Below are positions 53,051-64,000 of a stretch of DNA of 64,000 nt, one piece after another (within the stretch, counting starts at the first letter, position 1; every line of letters starts with the position of its first letter). The DNA comes from Camelus dromedarius. Lineage: Eukaryota. Under the pieces are notes generated by a model that worked only from the letters and a program-made list of their open reading frames with translations, did not search any database and was not told the origin of the DNA. The translations under genes and the position numbers were made by a program. The stretch is taken from NCBI RefSeq assembly GCF_036321535.1, contig NC_087437.1:95482001-95546000 (forward strand), written 5' to 3'.

Positions 53051-54158
53051 CAATGACTGTCTCTTAATTTTCTTTTATAGTCTTAGTATTTAGCAGAAGG
53101 AGGTGTTCAATAAGTATTCCCTGAATAGATGGATAGATATTATTATTTGATATTTTTATTTGTATATAGCTTTAATAAGTGATTCATTTATTACTACATT
53201 TATTTAGTATTGTCTCATCTGTGTCTGTCTTCATTTGCTCATTTGTTCATCCACGTATTCATCTATTCAGCAGATATTTGCCAGCAGCCTAGAATGTGCT
53301 AAATCCTCTGCTAGCGGTTTGTTATACACTGGTGATAAAAACAAACACAGTCATGGTCCTTATGGAACTCTCAATCCATTATCTACACCACCATATAGAT
53401 TTTAACGACCTGAAGAATCTGTATTTTTTTTTTATTGTGAACTCCTAAGAGGCAGTGGCTATGTTTATTTCAGTATAAAGCAATAAATCAAGCATGATCC
53501 TAAATATACATACAAAAATGTTTTACTAGAATGCCAAATTAGCCTATGGCAATTTCAATGTTATCCTCTTGCTATATTCAACATTTTATCTTTATTAGAG
53601 GACAGTGCCCAATGTGAGGCTCCTTTAGGAGTTTAATGAACTTTGTGTAGGATTCTTTGCTGAGCCACATAAATGAAAGAGCTGGAAGATTGTACTTATG
53701 AGAAGAAATTAAAGGAATTGAAATGATGCTGCCTTTAAAATGAGAGGCTGAGACGAGTTTCAAAATAATCCTTCAGGGCTCATTCAAAAAATTATCAGCT
53801 CTTCTTAATCTCTTCTGAGGTTGGAATTCTACCCAATAGTCATTCAGTTCACTAAAATATTTCACTTACTGCATCCAGATTACAGAAATTTACTGATGGT
53901 GAGAATGGCTTAACTGTGAAATATACTATCAAAAGAAAATGTTAAAGGAAGAAAAAGTGGGAAAACATGGTTGTTTTACATGTCTTGGTAGGTGACAGCT
54001 AGTTACAGACCAAAGATGGCTCAAGAGTTTTCCTAGATCAATAATAATATATAACAATATAAATAACAATAACCTAATATTTATTGAGCACTTACAGTTC
54101 CAAGTGTACATGTTTTCCTTGTGTTTTCTCACTTAATAATGGTAAATACTGTTATTAG

Positions 54159-54301
54159 TAGGATGACCACATGTTCTGGATTCTCTTGAAGGGTCCAGGT
54201 TTTTATGCCTGTTTTGTTTGTTTTTAGAGTAAAATTATTACTAGTATTCGCTACCATTTACGAAAGTGTCTGTCTGGAAAATAAAGTACATGGTTACCCT
54301 A
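54159..54301. mobile_element. MER94-like (hAT-Blackjack) inserted in a MIR (~54070-54400)
   Basis: Terminal inverted repeats 'taggatgaccacatgt' and 'acatggttacccta', with internal 'gtccaggtttttatgcctgtt'. MIR text on both sides. Confidence 0.75.
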
Positions 54302-55788
54302 TTTAGTATCTATTTTTCAGCATAGACTCTTTACATTGCATAGAGGTTAAATAATTTGCCAGGGTCACACAGGTAATAATTGGAAAGTTGTGAATTTATG
54401 ATTAAATGGCTGCATATTCATGATCTGCGTTGAAGATTCTGAAAATAAGGAACAGGACTTACTACCTGACCTCCTGCAGTTTATTAATTAAATCACACCA
54501 TAGCGATGCCTGGGTATGGCAAGTGCAATTCCAGACATAGATAGTGAGGAAGCTGTACGATTCAGTAATCTTTAAACTACATTTAAAATTTGGTATTTAA
54601 TGCATTAGTATCTGTATATAAAGATTATAATTCTATTAGTCCTCAGAGGCCATACTCTTCAGTAAGTCTTAGAAGTAAGCAATTGAGGATGGTATTTGAA
54701 ACTGAAGTAAAAAAGGACCTTTGACTTTAAAAAGAAATGTAAGAAAGGTGACCTTGATATGGAGTATGCAGCAAAAAGGGCAGCATCAGGAGGAAGTAAC
54801 CAGTGGAACTGGAGGAGATGAGAAAGCTCACGGGATAAAAGGTAGCTTTACTATGGGTCTTCAAGCTTCTTCATGTAACATCATTTCCCCTCTCTTTTAA
54901 AAGGGGAACAGAAATCCTGTATCTAAAACACAAAGGAACTTCCCTGGAAGAATAAGCCGCTTTAATCATCTAAAGGCCACTAGCTGTCTACCTGACCAGC
55001 CTCCTTTTCCCCTACCCCTGACCCTATGCACTCACAAAATTAACAATCAACCGGAACAAAGGAATGTTACCATGAATGCATTTGTTGGCACGTTCTGTGG
55101 ATGGTGCACAGTTCAGTGTTCCTGGCTCCTGACATCTGAAATTGGAAAGGTGTGAAAATTATTTCTAGAAACCATATCTTTTCAGGATGCGCCCTCAGTT
55201 GCAATGGGGAACCTAACATTTTTACTTTGTTCTATCCCTTTATTCTCTCACTCACTGAACACTGAGAACAGCTGTTATATTCCAGGCACCAAACGATATG
55301 CTGAGTGTACAAAATAAAGATATCATGTCCCTTTCCTCAAGGAGCTCGTAACAAAATGAAGAAAACATGTATGTGAACCGGTAAGATGATTTTGAAAATG
55401 CACTGATTGAAAATTTGGGGGAGGGTGAACCTTGAGAAATTAAAAAAAAAAATTTAAACATGACATTTTATTTGTCTTTCAGAAATATTCTGAAATAAAA
55501 AAAGAAACACCAAGTTCTTGATTCATTTGAAATTCAATCCACTAGCAGACAGTTGCTCACTTCCTGTTTTATGCATTTTCTTCACTTGGATTCCCACAAA
55601 AGACCCTCAAGAACTTGGCTTTTCTTCTTTTTGTGGTGGCTTCTAGGTCTTTGCTGATTCCTCCTTTTCTCTTGTCTCTGGCATTTCTTAATGTTAGAGC
55701 TCACCTGAGATCTTGCTCACTCATGCTTTTTCTGTTTATATCCACTCTTCAGCTAAAAATCCTGAAGCCACCTCTCCATTTCACTCAG

Positions 55789-56420
55789 AGCAAGGATAGG
55801 TCCAGGGTTTGGGGGAATGAAGCTTATAAAATACGCTTATAAACAATGAAAAATCTGACAATACTACCAATATCAGCAAATCAGAAAAACAACATTTTAT
55901 TAATTGCTTGATAAATTATTTTCCTATATTTTGGCTGCATATTCTTTCATCTCTTCATATGGTAATAATTTTACAGTATCATGTTCTATAGAGCACCTAA
56001 AAAGATAATTTAGTTTTTCCTCTTGTGTGGTTGAATTTTGTTTTTTATTAAATTTTTTTTTCTTTCAGCTTCAAAACTATATATTGGTAGTTGCATATAA
56101 ATTCCTGATTGTTTTCAAGTTTGAGAAAAATTCTACCAAGTTTCTTTCACAGATGAAAAGTGAGACTGATTTTCATAGATTAGCTTCTAGCTGCATATAT
56201 TTCAAACCTCATCTCACCTTTTAGTGCCATAGGATACTTTCATATTATAATATAGCCTGCTTTTTCAAAACATGATGAGCCAATTGTGTTACCATAGTGT
56301 GGGGAAGAAGATTCCTGAATACTGTTCTTAGAAGCAGAAATGACAGGAACACACTTAAACATATCCACTAAACCCTAACTTAATGTATCCCCAATTCAAC
56401 TTTCAGGGATTTGGTAGGAA
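55789..56420. mobile_element. Possible hAT-Tip100-class DNA transposon remnant
   Basis: The start 'caaggataggtccagggtttgggggaatgaagcttata' resembles Tip100-class termini. Subfamily and right end are uncertain. Confidence 0.45.
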
Positions 56421-56479
56421 CCAGTGAAGAAGAGGGAGACAAGGGAATTTTGCCTAAAGAAATAAGTTATTTGTAGCAG

Positions 56480-56780
56480 TTTATTCATTCACTCATTCAT
56501 TCATTCAACAAAAATCTAGGACTGACAAACTTGAGGGACAAAACTACTATGACATAATTCCTTATCATGAGATACTATTATCCAGTGTAGGAAATAAGCA
56601 TCTAAACAAAGAAATACTATACAGAGTACCACAACTATGATCTATGCAGGTTGTATTAGAGCATTAAGGAGGGAGATACCAGTTCTACTTCAGGGGTGTT
56701 CGGTAGTGCTGATGCCCCTCAGTGAGAGACTAAATAAACTATCCATGAGATATATAGTAATTGAGAGTTCAGAGAGAAGT
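56480..56780 (-). mobile_element. L2 3'-end fragment
   Basis: 'ttcattcactcattcattcattcaacaaa...gacataattccttatcatgaga...tccagtg'. Confidence 0.65.
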
Positions 56781-57884
56781 GATTGTTAGAATATTTGAAA
56801 AATTCTCCTTTAAAAACATTCTGCTTATAAAAAGGTACCATTGCAATGGCAAAGAAATATAAATGAAGATTTTGGAAGCTCAGTCCTATAGCAAGGCCAA
56901 GTCCCATGAAAATTCTGTCATCACTCTCCTTTTAAACATTACGTATCTGCAGTTGAGATATGACATATTAGGCCTGACTGGCCAGTTCTTAGCATAACTT
57001 GACAACTGCAGCTAGCTAAAATAGGCAAACCATTAGACTTCTGGTCAGCCAAACTTTCATAGAGGGTCTATCAGTGCCATTAAACAGACAAAACTGTACA
57101 AAACATCCCACTTTTGTCTGCCTCTCTCAGAGACTGTGAGCTTCTCAAAAGACATTTTTGTGTGGTATTAATCTCTGTCATTCTTAGCCCAGGAGATTGC
57201 CTGGCATATTTGTTTTGCAAAACTAAAATTAGGCAGAAAATAATATTAAAGAGCCAAAATGATTTTTCTGTGTTACAATTGTGGAATGACTATACACATA
57301 TATTTTTTAAATTTCTTTCTTATTTAGCTGCTTTGCTTTCATCTTCAATGTGTTTAACATTGTAAGCTATGTGTGTGAAACAAATTATCTTTCTACAGAT
57401 TAAGATCACCTGAAAATATTATTATTATTATTATTATTATAGCTGTTACTTTTAGATCTGATTTAATTCAGTGCTATATGGGGTCCAGCACTTAAAAAGA
57501 TTTGAAAATTGACGTACACACATTTGTGTGGAACATAATCTAGATATATTTTTGTAAATGGGGTATTAGATGTTATTCTGTGATTTTGTAAGACAGGAAC
57601 CTTATATTTTCAAGCTACTGTAGGCTGTTAATGATTCAGGAAAAAAATTGTGATTAGATGCTTAAAACTTTAGCAAAAGATACACTTTGACACACATCGT
57701 TGCAGAGAAAATCATTTCATAGAATATATGACATTATGTAGAAATTTAGCGTAATTCAAATTTAGCATAATTCATAATTCAATTTATAGGGGCATGTGCA
57801 TTTTTATTAGGGAGAAAAATGGGCCTTGGCATTCTATTTAGCCTGTCCCGCTATGATGTTACAAAGTATTTTGAGAGTTAACCG

Positions 57885-57887
<3 letters not shown>

Positions 57888-57933
<46 letters not shown>
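57888..57933. repeat. Perfect (TG)23 microsatellite
   Basis: Directly visible. Confidence 0.97.
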
Positions 57934-57934
<1 letters not shown>

Positions 57935-58001
57935 TATCATTCAAATATTTCAGACATATCACCATCAAAAATTCCTTGGAATTCTTTCCACTCCACATTT
58001 A

Positions 58002-58203
58002 CGGTGTTGTCCAAAAGAAAATTCTCAGTCGTGGAAGTGCACTGACAATATGGTAGCCAGTAGCCACATGCAGCTGTTGGGTATTTTAAATGTGGCTAGT
58101 GCAACCGAGGAATTTCATCTATAATTTCGTTTAATTTTAATTAATTTCAATCTTAATTTAAATAGCCATACTTGGCTGGTGGCTACTGGATTGAAGAATG
58201 TGG
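58002..58203 (+). mobile_element. MER3 (hAT-Charlie)
   Basis: 'gtgttgtccaaaagaa...caatatggtagccagtagccacatgcagct...aaatgtggctagtgcaaccgaggaa...aaatagccatacttggctggtggctact'. Confidence 0.85.
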
Positions 58204-58884
58204 AGGTCCTCTTCGGTTATTAATTACTGACCTTTATCCATTGGATAAAATTAAGCCAATTAAAATATATATCAGTGTATAAAAATAAGAAAAAAATAAA
58301 ACACAACCAAGCACAGGGCTCTTGTCATTCATAAGCCATGTATAATGAGAAAAACCTTAATTTTCTCATTTCTAAAACACCCCTAAAACAAATAATTGAG
58401 TCTCTAAATTGCAGTAGAGTATCCTTGAGCAACATGCTACTCCTCACATCCCTGATGAGAGTTGCTGCATGTGCACTGGGTATTAGAACACAGAAAAGTC
58501 ATGCTGGGATTCACAGGTTCAGCGGTCAGTTCCATCTACGTGCATCAAAAGATCTATGAATCAGAAAAAGTGCAGATTACTGTGTGTTATGATCAAGTTC
58601 TCAATCTAAACAGAGTACAACTGATTGGTGAATATAGTTTCTGTATGGAAAAAGTAAAGTGCAAGTCTTTCTTGAGGACAAAGAGAACTATTACCTCTGC
58701 TCCTGATTCTGTTTGCTGAGTTACCTAATTCTAGTACCTGTTTCACTAACAGCAGATATTTGTTTCATCATGTGGTCAAGAACAGTGATGTTAAAACTTA
58801 TAGTTAAAAAATCATTCCCCACTGCCTGTCAGATGGCTCCTCATGAGCAGTCATGATGAGTTGTGTCATCTTGTGGGATTTGCA

Positions 58885-58998
58885 GGTCTAGGTGGGTAGG
58901 GGCACTTTTTGCATGTAAGAAGACCCATAGGACCCATGTGAAGGCAGTGGGAAAAGCATTATCATTTGCCTGGGCACCACCCATGATGGGCCTCCTTG
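58885..58998. mobile_element. Possible MER91-like (hAT-Tip100) MITE
   Basis: Weak inverted ends 'ggtgggtaggggcac' and 'tgcctgggcaccacccatgatgggcc'. Confidence 0.4.
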
Positions 58999-59664
58999 CT
59001 GGGATAAGGCAGGACCTGGGGAAGTTGATGTAGCTGTAGAAAGTTTACAAGGGAAAGCATTCATAGATTTGAAGATAAACAAGGAAGAACATAGAATGTA
59101 GACAGAGAGCTGGTTTGTGATGAGGGTTAATCCGAAGCATTGGAGGTGGCATAGGTGGTGAGAATATCAGAAGGATATCAGGTCTGCCCAAACGTTTTGG
59201 CAAATATTTGGCATGTGGAAAGTCATCAAGAAACAGGAGACGGTGCAAGAGGAAGACAGGACTATTGTGCTAAAGGAACTGAAGAGCTAAAATGGCCACC
59301 TGGAGTTTAATGGAACGAGGCAGAAGCCTTCCTCCCAGAACTGGGGTGCAGGATCAGGACTGGACTAGTGGTACAATTGGTGTTGCTAAAACTGGTTGTG
59401 CTGATTTAGGATTTAGTACCATGTTCTTGTCTAAAATAAGGTTTGGTGCTAAAGATGTGGCCTCGGGGAGCATGTAGAGATGGATTAATTGGCTTCAGCT
59501 GGTTGAGAGGTGGGCCTCAGAGGCTGGGGAATAGACAGAACTGGGTTTGCTCCAGGTGAACATGATTGCTCCTCTCAATTCCTATTGAGGTCCTCACTTA
59601 CAATGACCACGTGGAGCTTGGTATTAATTTTCTGAAAACTTACAACAAGAAAAAACAAGTCTCT

Positions 59665-60595
59665 TTAATTATTTTATTTCCAATTTGAAATAGACCAACC
59701 AAAAGTTACAGGAAAAATACAACAAATTTCTGTGTACCTCTCACCCAACTTTTCCAAATGTTAACATCTTATATAATCACAGCACAGTTACCAAAACCTA
59801 GAAATTAGTGTTGAAACAATACTGTTAACTAGTCTATAGACCTTATTCAGATTTCTCTAGTCATTCCACAAATGTCCTGTTTCTCCTTAGTTTCCTCTCA
59901 TCTGTGACATTTCTTCAGTTTTGTCTTTATGAAATTTTCACATTTAAAGAATACTAAAGATATATTTTGTTGAATGTGCCTCAATTTTCATTTGTGTGAG
60001 GTTTCCTCATGGTGAATACCATGCTGGGCATTTTTGGCAATAATACTCAAGAAGTGGTATCTGCTTTTTCCTCACTGTTTCGTCTCAGTGGCTCATAGTG
60101 TCAGTATGTCCCACCATCAGATGTTAACCTTGACCAGTTGGTTAATATGGTGTCTACGAGGTTTCTCTACTGTTATTTTTCCAATTGTAATTATTAAGGG
60201 ATATGAAGAGATACTTTGGGACTATACAAATATTTATTTCTCATTTTACTTTTATAAACTAATTACATTAACTATTGATGATTCTAAATGAAAAATTTTA
60301 AATCATCACTATCAATGATGTGTGTTTGCCAAAAAAGTGATTTTCTGTTTGTCATTTTTTTCTACTTTTATTAATCAGAATTTACTGTAATGAAGCAGAG
60401 TTCTTTCATCTACCTATCTGCCAATCTTACTTCAACTAATCTATTATAATTAGTACTTATTTTCAGTTTTTATCCTGATCAGATTGCCCCAGATATGGCT
60501 ATTAGGAATTCCTTCATTCTGGCTCCTATGTCCTTTTGACATATTCTCATCATTTTCTGAGCACTTCTTTATTTTCTAGTACTACAAGATGTCAA
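59665..60595 (-). mobile_element. L1MC4/5-like 3' end
   Basis: 'cacccaacttttccaaatgttaacatcttatataatcacagcacagttaccaaaacctagaaattag...agaccttattcagatttc...ttctgagcacttctttattttctagtactacaagatgt'. Confidence 0.8.
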
Positions 60596-63099
60596 AAAAT
60601 AAATTTTAAAATATACTTTTTCAACTTTTATAGTAAAATAACTGAACATTACAAATATAGTTCTTCAATTTTTATAATAAAATCACTAAACATAAATATA
60701 ATGTACATGAGCTGTGTCTACATGAATCAAAAATATCTGGCTTAGGAAAAGACTAATTGATTTACTTTTTCATTTATTACACCTGTTTAGACATAGTCTA
60801 CATAGGATGTTTTGGATTAGTGTCACTCGTTGGAATTGAAAATTAAAAATTCTGTCATATCAGAAACTATATTTAATGTTTTTATGTTCATTTTTGTCAA
60901 CTTTTAAATTATTACACCTTAAAAAATATTTGTAAACTAAAGGTGAGTATATATGGTATTGAAATAATATTCATATAAAGAGGATGCTCAACATGACCTG
61001 AAAATTTTTTCAAGATGTTACGGCTTACCAACTAGGCTGACTAGATACACCTCATTTGTTTACTGACTCTGTATATCATTTTTCAGTAAGTTATTGATGA
61101 GCTTTTAACTCAGGAGTGGTAGAGCAAAACAAAGTTAGAAAATCATGATGAAAGGTCATCAGTAACTTTGTGAATGTATTCACAGTCGGCCAATTGAATG
61201 TATTATTTATGCAACACTGATTTTAATATATATTATGTCATCATAAGGGGATTAGTGGAGATTTATTCCACTTGATTTGGAGGAATCTGTTTCAAACAAT
61301 TGCTTCTGACCTCCTAGATGACTGGCAATTCTACTTCAAAACATTATTACCAGCTTCACCTAGAATAATTCAATTCCTCAGTTCTGAAGCTCCCCCTTTT
61401 TTACCTGCACACCATTGAGTTCTCTACAATATATTTGAAGCTTACACTGTATACAGTGTATACATATATGTATGTGTTTGTGGGGTGTGTGTGTGTGTGT
61501 AAAGAGTTGGAAACCAATACAGAGTTACCAGCTTATATTTTACACATCAAGAACTATTTTGGCAACATAGTATTTGCTATCACTATTATTCTATTTAAAA
61601 TTTATTTTAATACTAAAATGTTCAAAGAGCATCATCTCAGAATCATCATCCCAGAACATCACTCTCCTTATATTCAATATATTCAGCTTTGTGACAACCT
61701 CACTAAATTGTTCTTATTTTTTTTTCCATTTCACTGTGGACTGCTGAACTGAAGACATGAATGAAATATTTCTGATAGCAATCTCAATGCTATCAAATAA
61801 ACAATATATAATAGCAATGGATACACTATTATTAAACCAGTAATCCTTCAGAGAGTAGCTGGATGTCTCATTTTCAGAAACCATTATCTTTTCATACACT
61901 TCTACCTTTCTTATGGATATAATTATTATTTTACAGAATATAAGAGATGTATGAGATAAACTACTACTGTGACTCTAATTCTAAACCAAAAGGAAAAATC
62001 GGTGCCTTAGGGCAGTTGTACAAACGTGCTTACTCCTCCTAGAGTATTAGCGTCATCCAAATTCTCCATGAAATATTCCCTTCACCCACATTGAAAAGAC
62101 TTAAAAATTTGCCTTCCTTTAGTTTTGTCTTACCAACTTTCTTCCATTCCTGATAGTTTCTCTTGCTTTTCCATAACTTCAAATTTATTAGTCTTACTGC
62201 CTAGTCTTTGGGTTGATTTTTCTTTTGGATGATCATGTTCTTGAACTTGATTTTTTACCAAACTATCTCTCAGTAACTGTTTTAAAATCCATGGGCGAGT
62301 TCCACCCTCCACTTTCTTGTCTAATCTTAGCTTTTGGGCTACACCTGTCAGATCAAAGGACTTCTAATTCTCTGAAAATGATCATGCCTGGAGATTTCTG
62401 TCACTAGCTGAATTTACTACTGCATTACTAGATTACACACTGGTTCTATCCTACATTTTTATCCTGGGCTTACTGAAGAAGTAGTGTTTCTTAGCAGAGA
62501 ACACTATGGTGGGTGGAGTCTTGATTTCAAGTTAAGTAATATATAAACTTGTGGATTTCTGGAAGCTTTAAGGACTAAGTTTTAATTTGGCATACTTGAT
62601 CCAACAATAGATATTAGTAAATGTCCCCAGTTGAAGTTACACATGATCCATGGTCATGGGCAGTCCACTGAGAAGTGATACTGTCACTTGCTCTGCATCC
62701 TTTCCTGTGGGTTTAATTTCCCTTGACTGAATGCTCATGGGTTGACTTTAGGAAAGTTACAATTTCGAGCCAGCTTTGGACTCCTGAAACCACTATTGTC
62801 TGGGACCACCAACAGTTCACTCACTGCTCACTACCCCTTATGCCAAAGATAATAGACAAATTTGTCACCTGTGGAGAAATGTTATTAACACTGAAGCAAA
62901 GGAGCTGTTCCTCATCTAGATCTAATTTATGGCAGGCAGCCGAAGTTACGTACAGTCTTCTTCTCTCCAGATTCTGTTCACAAAGGGCATGACAAATAAA
63001 GCTTCACTCTGGGAGATCCTGCACTCAGAAAATCAAAGCCATCCAGCCGTGCCTGCAGTTGACATTGGTTGTTGGCATTGGTTAGAAACAGACAACTAC

Positions 63100-63430
63100 A
63101 TGTCACTTTGCCTTTGAGTAAGTCAGTGTCAGGGCACTTTCAGGACCAGTTCACTTTCAGAAAATCCAATTGAACCTAGTTTAAGAAATAAATGGAAATT
63201 TATGATTCATAAAATTAAAAAAAGTTTAGGGTAGCTAGGCTTGATTCACATTCTGTATCTTTGGGGTGAGGAGTGAAACCTGACCTAAACACATGGATTA
63301 AAAATGGGAAGTGTGTCAGTTTCCAGAGAAAATTGTACTTATTAAAGGAGTAGGATGGATGGGTGCTGGTGCTGAACTGATGTTCAGAAAGAAGTAGAAT
63401 ATCCAGATAAATAAGGGTGATTGGACATTA
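63100..63430 (-). mobile_element. Degraded MLT1-like LTR fragments
   Basis: 'cagaaaatccaattgaacctagtttaagaaataaatggaaatttatgattcat' and 'tttccagagaaaattgtacttattaaaggagtaggatggatgggtgctgg'. Confidence 0.45.
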
Positions 63431-64000
63431 ACTATGAAATGGGGTGTGCCATGAAGAACTGAAGTTCAATGTCAGTAAATTTGTTCCCTCCTAATTTCCA
63501 CCTCCCCCCAAAAAAGACTTGTTAAAGTATTATTACTCTCCTGTCTTTTGTTGTCTCTGGATGTATGTAATTTCTAGGAAAAACTTCAATTTGGTATCTA
63601 TGTTCCTATTAGTTTGCAGTAGTGGAAGATGATTAGTACAGAAATACACATGGTTTTATGATTTTAAGTAAAACAATAACTGAGAAGTAACCCTATCCTT
63701 GGCAAACTCAAAGTAGATAAAACAGTTTTGTTTTGAAATAATTAAAACACATTTGTCTAAAGTTCATGCTCTGATACGCTCATTCAATGTCTTCTTCAGT
63801 CTTCTAAGGAGTCTATGACCCTGCCAGTTATTCATTCTGTACATTCAGCTTAAAGCTGTTATTTGTAAGGAACAAATAGATGGTAGATGCTACTTGAGAA
63901 ACTATAAAATATAATCTTTGCCTTCCAAATGTTTACAATTTAATTAAGTTTTCAGTGCTGTCAAAGGACCAACCAAGAAGAAAGTCAACAGATGCTTGGA

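Noticed and set aside
148..63117. The many 60-126 aa ORFs in the track
   Set aside because: Apart from L1 ORF2 and ERV-L pieces, they are short, often start at non-ATG codons, have biased composition, or are antisense readings of repeats. I recognise no protein family.

Overview
This is AT-rich, CpG-poor, repeat-dense placental-mammal DNA. A tRNA-derived SINE that I recognise as the camelid vic-1 type (12905-13023) suggests camel, alpaca or vicuna. I find no supportable cellular protein-coding exon, tRNA, rRNA or miRNA gene. The only ORFs I recognise are broken LINE-1 ORF2 pieces and degraded ERV-L gag/pol. The window is a layered record of transposons: old L2 and MIR; MLT1 and LTR16/ERV-L; hAT and Tigger MITEs; old L1M; and younger L1 and SINE insertions with target-site duplications (TSDs). 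Most L1 and LTR elements lie on the minus strand, which hints at a large intron of a plus-strand gene. The most notable items are: (1) a ~200-bp ancient palindrome built from ~30-bp self-complementary units (31624-31821); (2) a poly(A)-tailed retrocopy of an unidentified mRNA 3' UTR (~4788-5532); (3) a tail-less internal L1 ORF2 fragment inside a perfect 13-bp duplication (51077-51962); (4) a transduction-like tailed segment fused to an L1 (12241-12660); and (5) a fold-back inverted duplication (42731-42837). I cannot support a claim of a new biological system. Repeat subfamily names come from recalled consensus sequences, and boundaries of old elements are approximate.
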